From Candidatus Asbonarchaeum danakilense (GTDB lineage Archaea > Nanohalarchaeota > Nanosalinia > Nanosalinales > Nanoanaerosalinaceae): a stretch of DNA of 46,365 nt. A program made the position numbers and the translations under genes. The notes beneath the pieces are model-generated. The model saw only the letters and a list, made by a program, of their open reading frames with translations. It was not told the origin of the DNA and did not search any database. The stretch spans positions 1 through 46,365 of the forward strand of contig JAXINV010000013.1 in assembly GCA_034190465.1 (NCBI GenBank). Reading direction: 5' to 3'. Numbering within the stretch: the first letter of the stretch is position 1; the number at the start of each line of letters is the position of its first letter. Below, piece after piece: positions 1 to 9,250 of this stretch.

Positions 1-310
1 GTGAAGTTCGCATACCGGACCGGATCACCTACATCGCTCGTGTTCACCCGGACCGTCACATTGTCCAGCACATCCGGCGCAGACGGGAACCGTTCTTCCC
101 CATCACGCAGTAAACCTGGAACTTGGAGACGCCGCCGGAACCGTCAGGGTTGATCCAGTACGTCCCGTCACCTGTCGAGCCGCCGTTGACGTAGATCGAG
201 TGACACGACGTCCCTGGATTGCTCTCAGTTCCAGGAGCAGCCGCCAGTCCAGTCGATACAAACACGGCCACTGCAGCGAGAAGAAACAGAAGCCTGCGGG
301 CTACATTCAT
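1..310 (-). pseudogene. Secreted protein with a fibrinogen-like (YCDxxxxGGGW-type) N-terminal module; frameshifted or truncated, continues off the window edge
   Basis: ORF 56..310 has a signal peptide (RRLLFLLAAVAVFVSTGLAA), then SC..I....STGDGTYWINPDG....FQVYC, typical of this module, and then stops. A shifted frame reads PSAPDVLDNVTVRVNTSDVGDPVRYANF open to position 1. Confidence 0.5.
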
Positions 311-431
311 CCGTCAAGCCCCCGCCCTGCAGTGGCATCCCATCGCTGCTGTGTTCGTCGGTCGCGCACCGTTACCGATCACACCCAACGTATACTACCA
401 TGTACGAACGCGCCCTATATAATATTGCCAG

Positions 432-1469
432 CTAGCCACCGTACTCCTCAGGGTAGGCCGTCTCCAGCAGCTCCTCCCTGCCGTCGAACCGTTCCTGGAC
501 CGGCTGCAGCACCCGCGATATCTCGGCGGCGACCGCGTTCTTCAGGTCCTGCGGGTGCAGTTCCTCTTCCACGAAGTCCTGCTCCAGCGCCTCATAGCTG
601 CCGTACGACAGATCGCCGCCGTACTCCTCCGGCCGTTCCACCACGAAGTCACGGCCGTCCGCCTCCAGGATCGGGAAGACCAGGTACTTCGCGTACTCCA
701 GCACACCGTTGTCCTCGACCTCGCCGGCCGGGCAGTACGCATCGTTGATCTTGTCCGCGACCTCGTCCTCGTCGTCGTGGATGCTGATCTTCGAGCTCGC
801 GTCCGACGCGCTCATCTTGCCGCCGGACAGCCCGGACAGCAGCGGGGCGAAGACACACGTCGGCTTGTCCTCACCGATGTCCGGCAGCACCTCGCGGCCC
901 ATCATGTAGATCCGGCGCTGGTCACGGCCTGCGTACGCCACGTCGACGTTGAGCGCCGCGCAGTCCATGATCTGCATCGCCGAGTACAGCAGCCCGCTGG
1001 CACGCATGCTGTCACCGTGCCTGACGACCTCGTTCACCGAGCGCTTCGCGCGCTGCACCGTCACGTTCTCCAGGATGTGCATGTAGCCTTTCTGGTACTC
1101 CTCATCGTGCTGGTAGTCACTGCCTCTGACGAAGTCGACCTCGTCGTGATCGATGCCCGCGGCGTCCAGCATCCCGCGGATCGCCTGCTCATAGTACTCC
1201 GTCCTGGCCTCAACAAGCTCCAGCGGCGTCTTCTCAACGTCCAGCTCCGCGTGGATGTCCGCGATCAAGAACGTGAAGTCGAACCCGGCCTCCACAAAGT
1301 CAGCGATCTTCCGCACCGTGGTGAAATGGCCGATGTGCATCATGCCTGTCGGCGCATACCCGATATAGGCGCGTGGGCTGTCCTTCCGTACGATGTCCTC
1401 CAGTTCCTCGTCCGTGATCGTCTCAGCGGTATTCCGCTGCACCAGCTCCATGCGCTCATCGGGGTCCAT
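432..1469 (-). CDS. tyrS: Tyrosyl-tRNA synthetase (archaeal type)
   Basis: YIGYAPTG-MHIGH (HIGH) motif, G-DQ motif, KMSAS (KMSKS) motif, AYCP and LHPQDLK C-terminal motifs. Confidence 0.97.
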   Translation of the reverse strand: MDPDERMELVQRNTAETITDEELEDIVRKDSPRAYIGYAPTGMMHIGHFTTVRKIADFVEAGFDFTFLIADIHAELDVEKTPLELVEARTEYYEQAIRGMLDAAGIDHDEVDFVRGSDYQHDEEYQKGYMHILENVTVQRAKRSVNEVVRHGDSMRASGLLYSAMQIMDCAALNVDVAYAGRDQRRIYMMGREVLPDIGEDKPTCVFAPLLSGLSGGKMSASDASSKISIHDDEDEVADKINDAYCPAGEVEDNGVLEYAKYLVFPILEADGRDFVVERPEEYGGDLSYGSYEALEQDFVEEELHPQDLKNAVAAEISRVLQPVQERFDGREELLETAYPEEYGG

Positions 1470-1505
1470 GCTTCCGGCTTGGCCTGTCAGGCTTAAAAAA
1501 ATTCC

Positions 1506-2063
1506 TCAGTCCGGCTTCCGCGCCACGACGAAGAACGTCTCCATCCGTTCCCGGGACCGCTGCACCTCGAACCCGGCGTTGTCCAGCTTCATCGCGGCCT
1601 CGGATGCGCTGTACCGTTCGGACAGCCCTGGTCCGGCGTCGCCCTCCCCCTCCGCCGACCAGTCCGCCACCACGAACACGCCGCCCGGCCGGACGACCTG
1701 CTCCACCTTCTGCAGCGCCTTCCGCGAGACGAACTCGTGGAACGTCATGGTTGAGAACGCCGCGTCGAACTGCCGGGTCTCGAACGGCATCGTCTCCACC
1801 GCCGCGTGGATCAGCACCACGTTGTCCGGCACGCCCTTGTCCCGGTAGTAGTCGTGCATCCTTTCCTGGCTATCGACAGCGACCAGTCGCCGGACGTACG
1901 GCGCCACATCGTCCGTGTAGAACCCCGTGCCGCTGCCCAGCTCGATCACCTTCTTCCGCTTCCGCGGCCGGATCGCGGCCAGCAGCTCGTCCCGTGACAG
2001 GTACCGGTACCGTGCCGGGTCCTCCAGCTTGTCCGCATCCTCAGGATCGAACGTGTGTGCCAT
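1506..2063 (-). CDS. Class I SAM-dependent methyltransferase
   Basis: VIELGSGTG motif I, VAVD motif II, FDAAFSTMTFHE and VRPGG motifs. Confidence 0.9.
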   Translation of the reverse strand: MAHTFDPEDADKLEDPARYRYLSRDELLAAIRPRKRKKVIELGSGTGFYTDDVAPYVRRLVAVDSQERMHDYYRDKGVPDNVVLIHAAVETMPFETRQFDAAFSTMTFHEFVSRKALQKVEQVVRPGGVFVVADWSAEGEGDAGPGLSERYSASEAAMKLDNAGFEVQRSRERMETFFVVARKPD

Positions 2064-2142
2064 CAGGAACCTCTTGGCCGGCCGCGGATAAAAATCATCC
2101 GGCGCCGTAAGAGTTATAACGCCCCGGAGACAACACCCCGGT

Positions 2143-2826
2143 ATGACCTGCGCCGTCTACTTCAACCTGGACGACACCCTGACAGAAATGACCAGGGACT
2201 TCGAGGAGATCTACCACGACGCCGTGGAACAGGCAGGACTCGACGAACTGGAGGACAGGTACGAGGACTACACCGACAGGTTCTTCGACCACTTCAACGA
2301 CGGCTACGCCTTCCCGCGGCGGCAGGCGATCGAGCAACTGTCCAGGGACGAGGACTGCTTCGACCCGGACAAGGTCGAGGACTTCGCCGAGGCATGGGAC
2401 GACCTCGAATCCGATGCCACAGAGCTGAAAGACGGTGCAGAACAGCTTCTCGACAGCCTCGACGACTACAGGCTCGGTATCCTCTCCAACGGAACCGGCG
2501 AACTCCAGCAGAAGAAGCTTGAGAAGACCGGTATCGCCGACTACTTCGACAGCGTCCTCATCTCCGGCAAGGAAGGCTACCGGAAGCCGGAGAAGGCCTT
2601 CTACCAGCTCGCGATGGACGGATCGAAGGGCGGCATCGACGCCGACACCCACGTCATGGTCAGCGACAAGCTGAAGCGCGACGTCATCCCCGCCAAGAAG
2701 GCCGGGTTCGAAGGCGTCTGGATCTACAGCGGCGACAAGGAGGTCCCCGACAAGCTGCGGAAACAGGTCAGCGTCGTGAAGGACTTCGACGGCGCGAAGG
2801 AAGCGATCGACCGTCTCTGCTCCTGA
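2143..2826 (+). CDS. HAD-superfamily hydrolase (YjjG-like), atypical motif I
   Basis: FNLDDTL (motif I with D to N), LSNG (II), KP (III), VSD...DV..AKKAG (IV). Confidence 0.85.
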   Translation: MTCAVYFNLDDTLTEMTRDFEEIYHDAVEQAGLDELEDRYEDYTDRFFDHFNDGYAFPRRQAIEQLSRDEDCFDPDKVEDFAEAWDDLESDATELKDGAEQLLDSLDDYRLGILSNGTGELQQKKLEKTGIADYFDSVLISGKEGYRKPEKAFYQLAMDGSKGGIDADTHVMVSDKLKRDVIPAKKAGFEGVWIYSGDKEVPDKLRKQVSVVKDFDGAKEAIDRLCS

Positions 2827-2868
2827 CCGCCCGGGCTTTTTCAACCAGCGCCACCCATCTATGGATCG

Positions 2869-3396
2869 ATGCGAGCGGCAGCCTTGCTTCTGACAGGTGC
2901 CGTCCTCACCGCCGGCTGCCTGCAGGCTGGCACAGGGAGCAGGCTCGAGGTCACGAGCACGGCCGTCACGGACGGCGGGACGATCCCCTCGACCTACACA
3001 TGCGACGGGGCCAACCACCACCCGCCGATCACTGTCAGCGGTGTACCGGACGACGCGGTCACGCTCGCCATCACCGTCGAGGACATGGACGTCAGCTTCC
3101 ATCACTGGCTGGCGTGGAACATCCCTGCCAACACCACACAGATCGAAGCAGGGGAGCTCCCGGCCGTCGCCGAGGAAGGACCAAACAGCTACAGCAACAC
3201 ACCGATGGCAGAACACCCGACGACCGGCTACGCCGGACCATGCCCGCCGAACGGGATGGAACACACCTACCGGTTCACCGTGTACGCGGTGGACACAAGT
3301 TTCAATGTGAGCGATCGTGATGCCGTGATGGACGCCCTCGAAAGCCATACACTCGCTACAGGATCACTGCAGGCCACATATCGACGTACCAGGTGA
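2869..3396 (+). CDS. YbhB/YbcL (PEBP, Raf-kinase-inhibitor-like) protein, probable lipoprotein
   Basis: IP..YTCDG, D-D..F-HW..WNIP, Y-GPCPP and H-YRF-VYA-D motifs; lipobox LTAGC after a hydrophobic N-terminus. Confidence 0.9.
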   Translation: MRAAALLLTGAVLTAGCLQAGTGSRLEVTSTAVTDGGTIPSTYTCDGANHHPPITVSGVPDDAVTLAITVEDMDVSFHHWLAWNIPANTTQIEAGELPAVAEEGPNSYSNTPMAEHPTTGYAGPCPPNGMEHTYRFTVYAVDTSFNVSDRDAVMDALESHTLATGSLQATYRRTR

Positions 3397-3402
3397 TACC
3401 CC

Positions 3403-3849
3403 ATGGAACTGACAAGCCCAGCATTCGACGACGGGGAGCGCATCCCCAGGAAATACGGCTACACCGAACAGAACATCAACCCGCCGCTGGCGATCAGCGG
3501 TGTGCCCGACGACGCGGCAGCACTCGTCCTCTTGGTCGACGACCCCGACGCCAGGGAGCCCGCCGGCAAGATCTGGGACCACTGGGTCTTGTACAACATC
3601 CCTATCGGCACCACGCGGATCGACGAGGGCAGCTTCCCCGAAGGCGCCGAACAGGGCCAGAACGACTACGGCGAGCTCGGCTACGGCGGCCCCAACCCGC
3701 CCGACAGCGAGCACACCTACCGGTTCCGGCTGTACGCCGTCGACCAGGAACTCGGCCTCGGCCCCGGCGCCACCAAGGACGAGGTCAAGAAGGCGATGGA
3801 CGGCCACGTCGTCGCAGAAGCCGGACTTGACGGCACCTACGCGCCCTGA
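3403..3849 (+). CDS. YbhB/YbcL (PEBP) family protein, cytoplasmic paralogue
   Basis: LTSPAF, DDPDA, HWVLYNIP, YGGPNPP, HTYRFRLYAVD motifs. Confidence 0.93.
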   Translation: MELTSPAFDDGERIPRKYGYTEQNINPPLAISGVPDDAAALVLLVDDPDAREPAGKIWDHWVLYNIPIGTTRIDEGSFPEGAEQGQNDYGELGYGGPNPPDSEHTYRFRLYAVDQELGLGPGATKDEVKKAMDGHVVAEAGLDGTYAP

Positions 3850-4352
3850 TCGAACGACTCGAACGCCGTCTGGACGTACTCCCCCAGCCGGTTCTTCCTG
3901 ATGGCGGACACGTAGCTCGGGGAGGCGACACGTTCCGCCTCCTCGTCATCACGTTTCTCGTACAGCTGCTCAAAGATTGTGATGTTGCTCGGGATGATGT
4001 CCAAGTGGTCCAGCCGGTCGATGTCCGTCCAGAACGCGTACTCCGTCAGCGGCCGCTCATCGACCAGCTTCATCTCATAGACGTGCAGGTGCGCGTCGTG
4101 GTGGCTGTCGTCCGGGAACTGCAGCCGCTGATAGACATCACCCAGCTTCCGCCGGACATCCACCTTCATGTTGGTCTCCTGCTCCACGATCCGGACAGCC
4201 CCCTGCGCCGGGGCTTCATCACTCTCGATATCTCCGCCCGGGAAGCCGACCATCCCGAAGAACTCATCCACCCGCATCTCACGCTCCACCATCAGGATGC
4301 GGTCGTTCCTGGTCACGATGCCCAGCGCCACGTCGGTGAAGCCCTCACTCAT
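3837..4352 (-). CDS. NUDIX-fold protein with degenerate Nudix box
   Basis: Start reassigned to ATG 4352 (MSEGF), overlapping the stop of the upstream NUDIX gene; box reads FPGGDIESDEAPAQGAVRIVEQETN. Confidence 0.75.
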   Translation of the reverse strand: MSEGFTDVALGIVTRNDRILMVEREMRVDEFFGMVGFPGGDIESDEAPAQGAVRIVEQETNMKVDVRRKLGDVYQRLQFPDDSHHDAHLHVYEMKLVDERPLTEYAFWTDIDRLDHLDIIPSNITIFEQLYEKRDDEEAERVASPSYVSAIRKNRLGEYVQTAFESFDQGA

Positions 4353-4776
4353 CGATCTCACCTGCCAGGCGGTCCAGCACCGGGATAGAATAGCCCGCAT
4401 AGTTGTACCAGTCCAGGTCCGCGAACGCCGACGGCCTGACCCACCGTGCCGCCTGGTGCGACGGCGCAAGCTCCGTGTCACGGCCCTCAGTCCCGCACAG
4501 CACGTACTGGCAGTCCGCACGGGTGCCGTCGTGCTCCACGATCACGCGTTCAAGCATTGCCTCGATCGTGACCTCCAGCCCGGTCTCCTCCCGGACCTCG
4601 CGGCGGACCGCGTCCTCCACAGATTCGCCGTCCTGCACGAAGCCGCCAGGAAGCTCCCAGCGGCCGGCCTGGTCCTCATCACGGCCTTCAGCGGCGTCAC
4701 GGTCCTCGCTGTTCTGGATCGCAAGCACACGGCCGTCATCCACGACGACCGCGCGCCCGATCGCGAGCGTTTCCAT
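4345..4776 (-). CDS. NUDIX hydrolase (MutT-like)
   Basis: Canonical box WELPGGFVQDGESVEDAVRREVREETGL; likely start at METLA (4776). Confidence 0.9.
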   Translation of the reverse strand: METLAIGRAVVVDDGRVLAIQNSEDRDAAEGRDEDQAGRWELPGGFVQDGESVEDAVRREVREETGLEVTIEAMLERVIVEHDGTRADCQYVLCGTEGRDTELAPSHQAARWVRPSAFADLDWYNYAGYSIPVLDRLAGEIDE

Positions 4777-4822
4777 ACCTACAGCATTGCAGAACAATCC
4801 TTTTTATGCATGGGTCCGAGGG

Positions 4823-7057
4823 CTACAGCTCCACGTGGCGGCCGTGCTCGTCCACATAATCGATGAACGTCGCGTACGTCGAGTCCGTCCGCAGCGTCTC
4901 ACCGTCACCGACCACGATCAGCTTCCGCTTCGCACGGGTCAACGCCACGTTCAGCCGCCTGACGTCCTCCAGGAACCCGAGCCGCCCCTCCTCGTTGCTC
5001 CGGGTCAGCGAGATGATCACAACCTCCTTCTCACGGCCCTGGAAGCCGTCCACCGTATCGACCTCGACACCGTCACCGAGCAGCTGCTCCAGCCGGTCGA
5101 CCTGGTCCTTGTACGGGGCGATCACCGCGATATCGCGGCCGTCCATCCCCGCGTCCAGCAGCCCGTCCGCCAGCCTTTCCACCAGCTCCGCCTCTCTGCG
5201 GTTCTCCTTCGACGTCGAGCCCTCCCGCGACCGCTCTGCAGCATCCAGAGAGGACGTGTCCAGGAACACCACGGGGATCAACGGCTCGAGCGCCTCATAC
5301 AGGTCCATGTCCTCGTCCAGCTCCAGGTCCAGATCCGTCAGCGTGTGGCCGCCGACGTCCGGCGCCGCCTCCAGCCCGCCGTCGTAGAACTCCCGGCTGG
5401 AGAAGCCCATGATATCCTCATGCATCCGGTACTGCACCGTCAGCATGTCCATGATCCTGTCGCCATACTCCTCCGCCAGCTTCTCGAACAGCGTCGTCTC
5501 CATGCCCTTCCGCGCCGCCTCCTGGTTCTTCACCGTCGGCGGCAGCTGCCGGTGGTCGCCGGCCATCACGACCGTGTCAGCGTGCGTTATCGGGATCAGG
5601 CAGGACGGCTCGGTGGCCTGCGTGGCCTCATCCAGCACCAGCACGTCGAACTCCCGGTCAGCCAGCAGATCGCTGCCTGCCGTCGAGTTCGTGGTGCAGA
5701 CGACATCGGCCCCGTCCAGCATCTCGTCGATCGCCTCCTGTTCAAGCCTGTCGCTCTCCTGGAACAGCTCGTCGGCCTCCTCCTGCAGCTCAAGCCACTC
5801 CGCCATCTCCTCGATTTTCTCCGCCGGGACGCCGCGGGAGCCCTGGCCGCGTTCAGCCAGCCGCTTGATCTTCTCGTCGGACATACCCCGCCGGTACCGG
5901 CCCGACGGCGCTTTCAGCTCGTCCTGCTTGTCGAGGACCTCGAACGCCTGGTCGCGGAGCTCCTGCGCCTCCTGATACGTCTCATTCTGCTCGACCAGGT
6001 AGTCCAGCGTGTGCTCGTGCAGCGTGGACGTGACCCTGGCCGGGTGGCCGACCCTGACAGCGTCCACATCCTGCCGGAGCAGGAACTCGAGGACGTTGTC
6101 GACCGCGGTGTTGGACGCGGCGGTCGCCAGGACCGACCTTCCTGCGGCGACCTCCTGTTCAATAACCTCGATCGCGGTCGTGGTCTTGCCGGTGCCGGGC
6201 GGGCCGTGGATCAGGTAGAAGTCGTCAGCGCCCAGCGCCCGGCGGACAGCGGCCTGCTGTGACCCGTTCAGCTCAGGGTTGAACCAGGTGTCGATTTCGC
6301 GGGGCTCGACCGGGTCAGGCTCCCCGGTGCCAGTGATGATCTTCCGCAGTTCGCGGAGCCGGCCTGTGGCGTTTTCCAGTTCGTCGAGCGCGTCCTTCAT
6401 CCGCTGGTAGGTGATATCGTTGACGTACAGGTCGAGGCGGACGCCGTTGCCGTACACGAAGCCGGGCGGGTCTGTCTCGAACGCGACGGTGACCGAGTAC
6501 TTCGTCCGCTCGATGACGGTGCCCGTCGGGTTGTCATCGCGGAGCGGGTCGTTCTTCGAGACCATGACCAGGTCACCGACCGCGATCTCGGTGTCGGGAA
6601 GTTCCTGGCCCTTGGTGGTCTTCATGAACTTGACCTTGACGCCTTCAATTCCTTCGCCTTCCTCGCGGCCCCGCATGCTGGTCAGGGCACGTCCTTTCGC
6701 CTCGCGTTCGCTGCCGGACAGCTGCCGGATCTCCTGTTCGTGCTGCCGCATCTCTTCCTCGCGCTCCAGTTCGACGAGGTTGTCGAACCGTTCGGCGTAG
6801 GTGGTCGCTGTCTCGATGTCCTCCTCGTCCCCGTCCTCCTTGAGTCGGACCTGGACCTCGGACTGGCCGATCTTGTTGCCGTCCATCTTCTCGACAACGA
6901 GGTCTGCGACGTTGGAATCGATCTCGACCGTCGCGTAGTCGTCGTTGATCTCGATGTTGCCGATGAGTTCGCCGGCGATCTCTGCCTGGTGGGCGATCGC
7001 CCCGACGATGTCGCCCGGTCCTTCGTCGTCAAGGCCCTGGATCAGAACCGTCTCCAT
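4823..7057 (-). CDS. IGHMBP2/Upf1-like SF1 helicase with N-terminal DbpA-type RNA-binding domain
   Basis: LNGSQ Q-motif, [64 protein letters not shown]; the N-terminus PGDIVGAIA...IGNIEI...ATVEI resembles DbpA. Confidence 0.93.
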   Translation of the reverse strand: METVLIQGLDDEGPGDIVGAIAHQAEIAGELIGNIEINDDYATVEIDSNVADLVVEKMDGNKIGQSEVQVRLKEDGDEEDIETATTYAERFDNLVELEREEEMRQHEQEIRQLSGSEREAKGRALTSMRGREEGEGIEGVKVKFMKTTKGQELPDTEIAVGDLVMVSKNDPLRDDNPTGTVIERTKYSVTVAFETDPPGFVYGNGVRLDLYVNDITYQRMKDALDELENATGRLRELRKIITGTGEPDPVEPREIDTWFNPELNGSQQAAVRRALGADDFYLIHGPPGTGKTTTAIEVIEQEVAAGRSVLATAASNTAVDNVLEFLLRQDVDAVRVGHPARVTSTLHEHTLDYLVEQNETYQEAQELRDQAFEVLDKQDELKAPSGRYRRGMSDEKIKRLAERGQGSRGVPAEKIEEMAEWLELQEEADELFQESDRLEQEAIDEMLDGADVVCTTNSTAGSDLLADREFDVLVLDEATQATEPSCLIPITHADTVVMAGDHRQLPPTVKNQEAARKGMETTLFEKLAEEYGDRIMDMLTVQYRMHEDIMGFSSREFYDGGLEAAPDVGGHTLTDLDLELDEDMDLYEALEPLIPVVFLDTSSLDAAERSREGSTSKENRREAELVERLADGLLDAGMDGRDIAVIAPYKDQVDRLEQLLGDGVEVDTVDGFQGREKEVVIISLTRSNEEGRLGFLEDVRRLNVALTRAKRKLIVVGDGETLRTDSTYATFIDYVDEHGRHVEL

Positions 7058-7146
7058 ATTTTTCGTTGCCCCGGCCAATGATTAAAAACTACACGGCGGG
7101 AAGACACGACGCCAAATTTAAATAGACGTAATGTGCATATACAGGC

Positions 7147-7827
7147 ATGAATCTCACAGGTATTTCTCAGGTGTTCATGGGCGTGATCGCATGGCTGTCG
7201 TTCGCCCGGCTCTGGTACTCATACCGTGAGAAACAGACACCGACGCTGAAGTACTTCGCTTTCTTCTTCGCATACTTCGGCACGTTCCAGCTCACGATGG
7301 CGCTCAGCCTCCTCCCACGTTCCTTCACAGGTGCGCAGCTCGGGGCGTTCTATATCTTCGGCCACGTCTTCCTCTATCTCAGCATCGCGTACTACTCCCG
7401 TATCCCGACCTACATCTGGAAACCAGAATGGGAGCTCAAGGTCTTCGCCCTCAACCTACTGGCAGGTGCAGCGATCACTGTACTGAACGTGATGCAGTGG
7501 AACAAACCTGAACAGGTCGGAAGCATCATCGTCTGGCATGTACCAAAGATGATCGGACTCACGATAGGGGTCCTTGACGCCGTGAACTGGATCATCGGCG
7601 GCACCATCTTCTTCGGCATCCTTGCCTGGAAGGAGACAGGTAGAGAACGTGTGAAGCTCGCTCTGCTCTCAGTAGGTATGCTCCTGTTGACTGTCTCAGG
7701 CCCGATCCACGACCTGACGACATCCGTGAAGATGCTCGCCCTGGCCGACCTGTTCACGACACTGGGCGTGGTCACGCTGATGGCCGGCATATACATAGGA
7801 CGTCTTTACCAACCAGAACAGAGGTGA
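7147..7827 (+). CDS. Stand-alone 7-TM membrane protein (sensor/receptor-like), paralogue of 8553..9236
   Basis: Seven hydrophobic segments in 226 aa and no cytoplasmic output domain; TATA-like AATTTAAATA about 25 nt upstream. Confidence 0.8.
   Translation: MNLTGISQVFMGVIAWLSFARLWYSYREKQTPTLKYFAFFFAYFGTFQLTMALSLLPRSFTGAQLGAFYIFGHVFLYLSIAYYSRIPTYIWKPEWELKVFALNLLAGAAITVLNVMQWNKPEQVGSIIVWHVPKMIGLTIGVLDAVNWIIGGTIFFGILAWKETGRERVKLALLSVGMLLLTVSGPIHDLTTSVKMLALADLFTTLGVVTLMAGIYIGRLYQPEQR
7237..7436 (+). repeat. 200-bp exact direct repeat, copy 1 (copy 2 at 8646..8845)
   Basis: Read base by base from acaccgacgctgaag to ccagaatgggagct; identical in both 7TM genes. Confidence 0.9.
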
Positions 7828-7834
7828 TCAAGAG

Positions 7835-8200
7835 ATGGCAAGCAAAGAGGAGGAATTGAAGGAGCCGCTCGGTGACCTGGATGACATCCAGGGCGTCAAG
7901 GGGGCGGCAGTTGTACGGCGTGACGGGCTGTTGATCGTGTCGAACCTGCCAGAAGATATCGACGCAGACCAATTAGCCGCAATGACAGCATCAACCGTCG
8001 GCTCCGGCGAGACCGCCAGCGAAACCCTGGAAATCGGCACCGTCGAACAAGTCACCGTCGAATCAGAACAAGGCAAACTCATCTCCACCGGCGCGGGCGA
8101 CGAAGGCATCCTCACCATCCTCACCGACCCCGACGTCAACATGGGCCTCGTCCTCGTCCAAATGAAAAAAGCAACCAAGAAAATCAAACGCGTCCTGTGA
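7835..8200 (+). CDS. Roadblock/LC7 (MglB-like) domain protein
   Basis: 121 aa; GVKGAAVVRRDGLLIVS...LAAMTAS...VTVESEQGKLI...NMGLV pattern of roadblock proteins. Confidence 0.92.
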   Translation: MASKEEELKEPLGDLDDIQGVKGAAVVRRDGLLIVSNLPEDIDADQLAAMTASTVGSGETASETLEIGTVEQVTVESEQGKLISTGAGDEGILTILTDPDVNMGLVLVQMKKATKKIKRVL

Positions 8201-8517
8201 TCAGCATGGACTACGAGGATGTCCTCCAAGTAATCATTCAGGAAGAAGAGAAGACCGTCGGAGACCTTGCCACGCAGCGTGCCGCACTTCTCGACTGTAT
8301 CGAGACCAGCTCCGGCGAAATCTCGTTCACACGCACACCGACTGCTGAGGACGTGGAAAAACTTATCGATGTCTTCAAAGAGATTCAGGGAAAAGGTGCG
8401 ATCGGGATCGCCCGACGCGCGCTCAAAGGGCGTCTCACATCCGCCGACGACCTCGACCTCCCTGCTGAGATCATCCCTACCGAAGTCAAAGAACAGGACT
8501 TCATCACCGGCCTATAA
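8197..8517 (+). CDS. Small helical hypothetical protein coupled to the roadblock gene (alternative start 8206)
   Basis: GTGA overlap with the roadblock stop codon; acidic 103-106 aa ORF. Confidence 0.75.
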   Translation: MISMDYEDVLQVIIQEEEKTVGDLATQRAALLDCIETSSGEISFTRTPTAEDVEKLIDVFKEIQGKGAIGIARRALKGRLTSADDLDLPAEIIPTEVKEQDFITGL

Positions 8518-8552
8518 CCAGTTTTAAATAGAGCGGCAGGGAAAGTTGCTAC

Positions 8553-9236
8553 ATGGCTACACTCTCCGGCATCTCCCAGCTCGCCATGGGGATCATCTCG
8601 TGGATCTCCTTTCTCAAAGTATGGGCTTCCTACCGCGAGAGCGGAACACCGACGCTGAAGTACTTCGCTTTCTTCTTCGCATACTTCGGCACGTTCCAGC
8701 TCACGATGGCGCTCAGCCTCCTCCCACGTTCCTTCACAGGTGCGCAGCTCGGGGCGTTCTATATCTTCGGCCACGTCTTCCTCTATCTCAGCATCGCGTA
8801 CTACTCCCGTATCCCGACCTACATCTGGAAACCAGAATGGGAGCTGAAAGTCTTTGCTGTCAACCTTGTCCTCGGCGGCGCCATCACGCTCGTCAACATC
8901 CTGAAGTGGAACATGCCGGAGATCACCGGCGACATCGTCGTCTACCACGTCCCACAGATCGTGGGGGGGATGATTGGGCTGCTGGTAGCTGTCAACTGGA
9001 TCATCGGCGGCACCATCTTCTTCGGCATCCTTGCAGCCCGACGTAAAGGGACGGAACGTCTTAAACTCTCGCTGATCGCCGTTGGTATGCTCCTCCTCTC
9101 CCTGGCCGGGCCGCTCCATGATCTGACCCGGTCGGTCACCATGCTGGCGGTCGCCGACATCGTGACGACACTGGGCGTGGTGACCTTGATGGCCGGTATC
9201 TACGTCCAGAACCTTTACCAGCCCAACCGTACATGA
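8553..9236 (+). CDS. Stand-alone 7-TM membrane protein, paralogue of 7147..7827
   Basis: Colinear with 7147..7827 along its full length; own TATA-like TTTTAAATA at about 8522-8530. Confidence 0.8.
   Translation: MATLSGISQLAMGIISWISFLKVWASYRESGTPTLKYFAFFFAYFGTFQLTMALSLLPRSFTGAQLGAFYIFGHVFLYLSIAYYSRIPTYIWKPEWELKVFAVNLVLGGAITLVNILKWNMPEITGDIVVYHVPQIVGGMIGLLVAVNWIIGGTIFFGILAARRKGTERLKLSLIAVGMLLLSLAGPLHDLTRSVTMLAVADIVTTLGVVTLMAGIYVQNLYQPNRT
8646..8845 (+). repeat. 200-bp exact direct repeat, copy 2
   Basis: Identical to 7237..7436. A second 41-bp identical block lies at 7585..7625 and 8994..9034. Confidence 0.9.
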
Positions 9237-9250
9237 CCCGGTGATCCTCC

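Noticed and set aside
7147..9236. Microbial rhodopsins
   Set aside because: TM7 (ADLFTTLG / ADIVTTLG) lacks the retinal-binding Lys of DxxxK.
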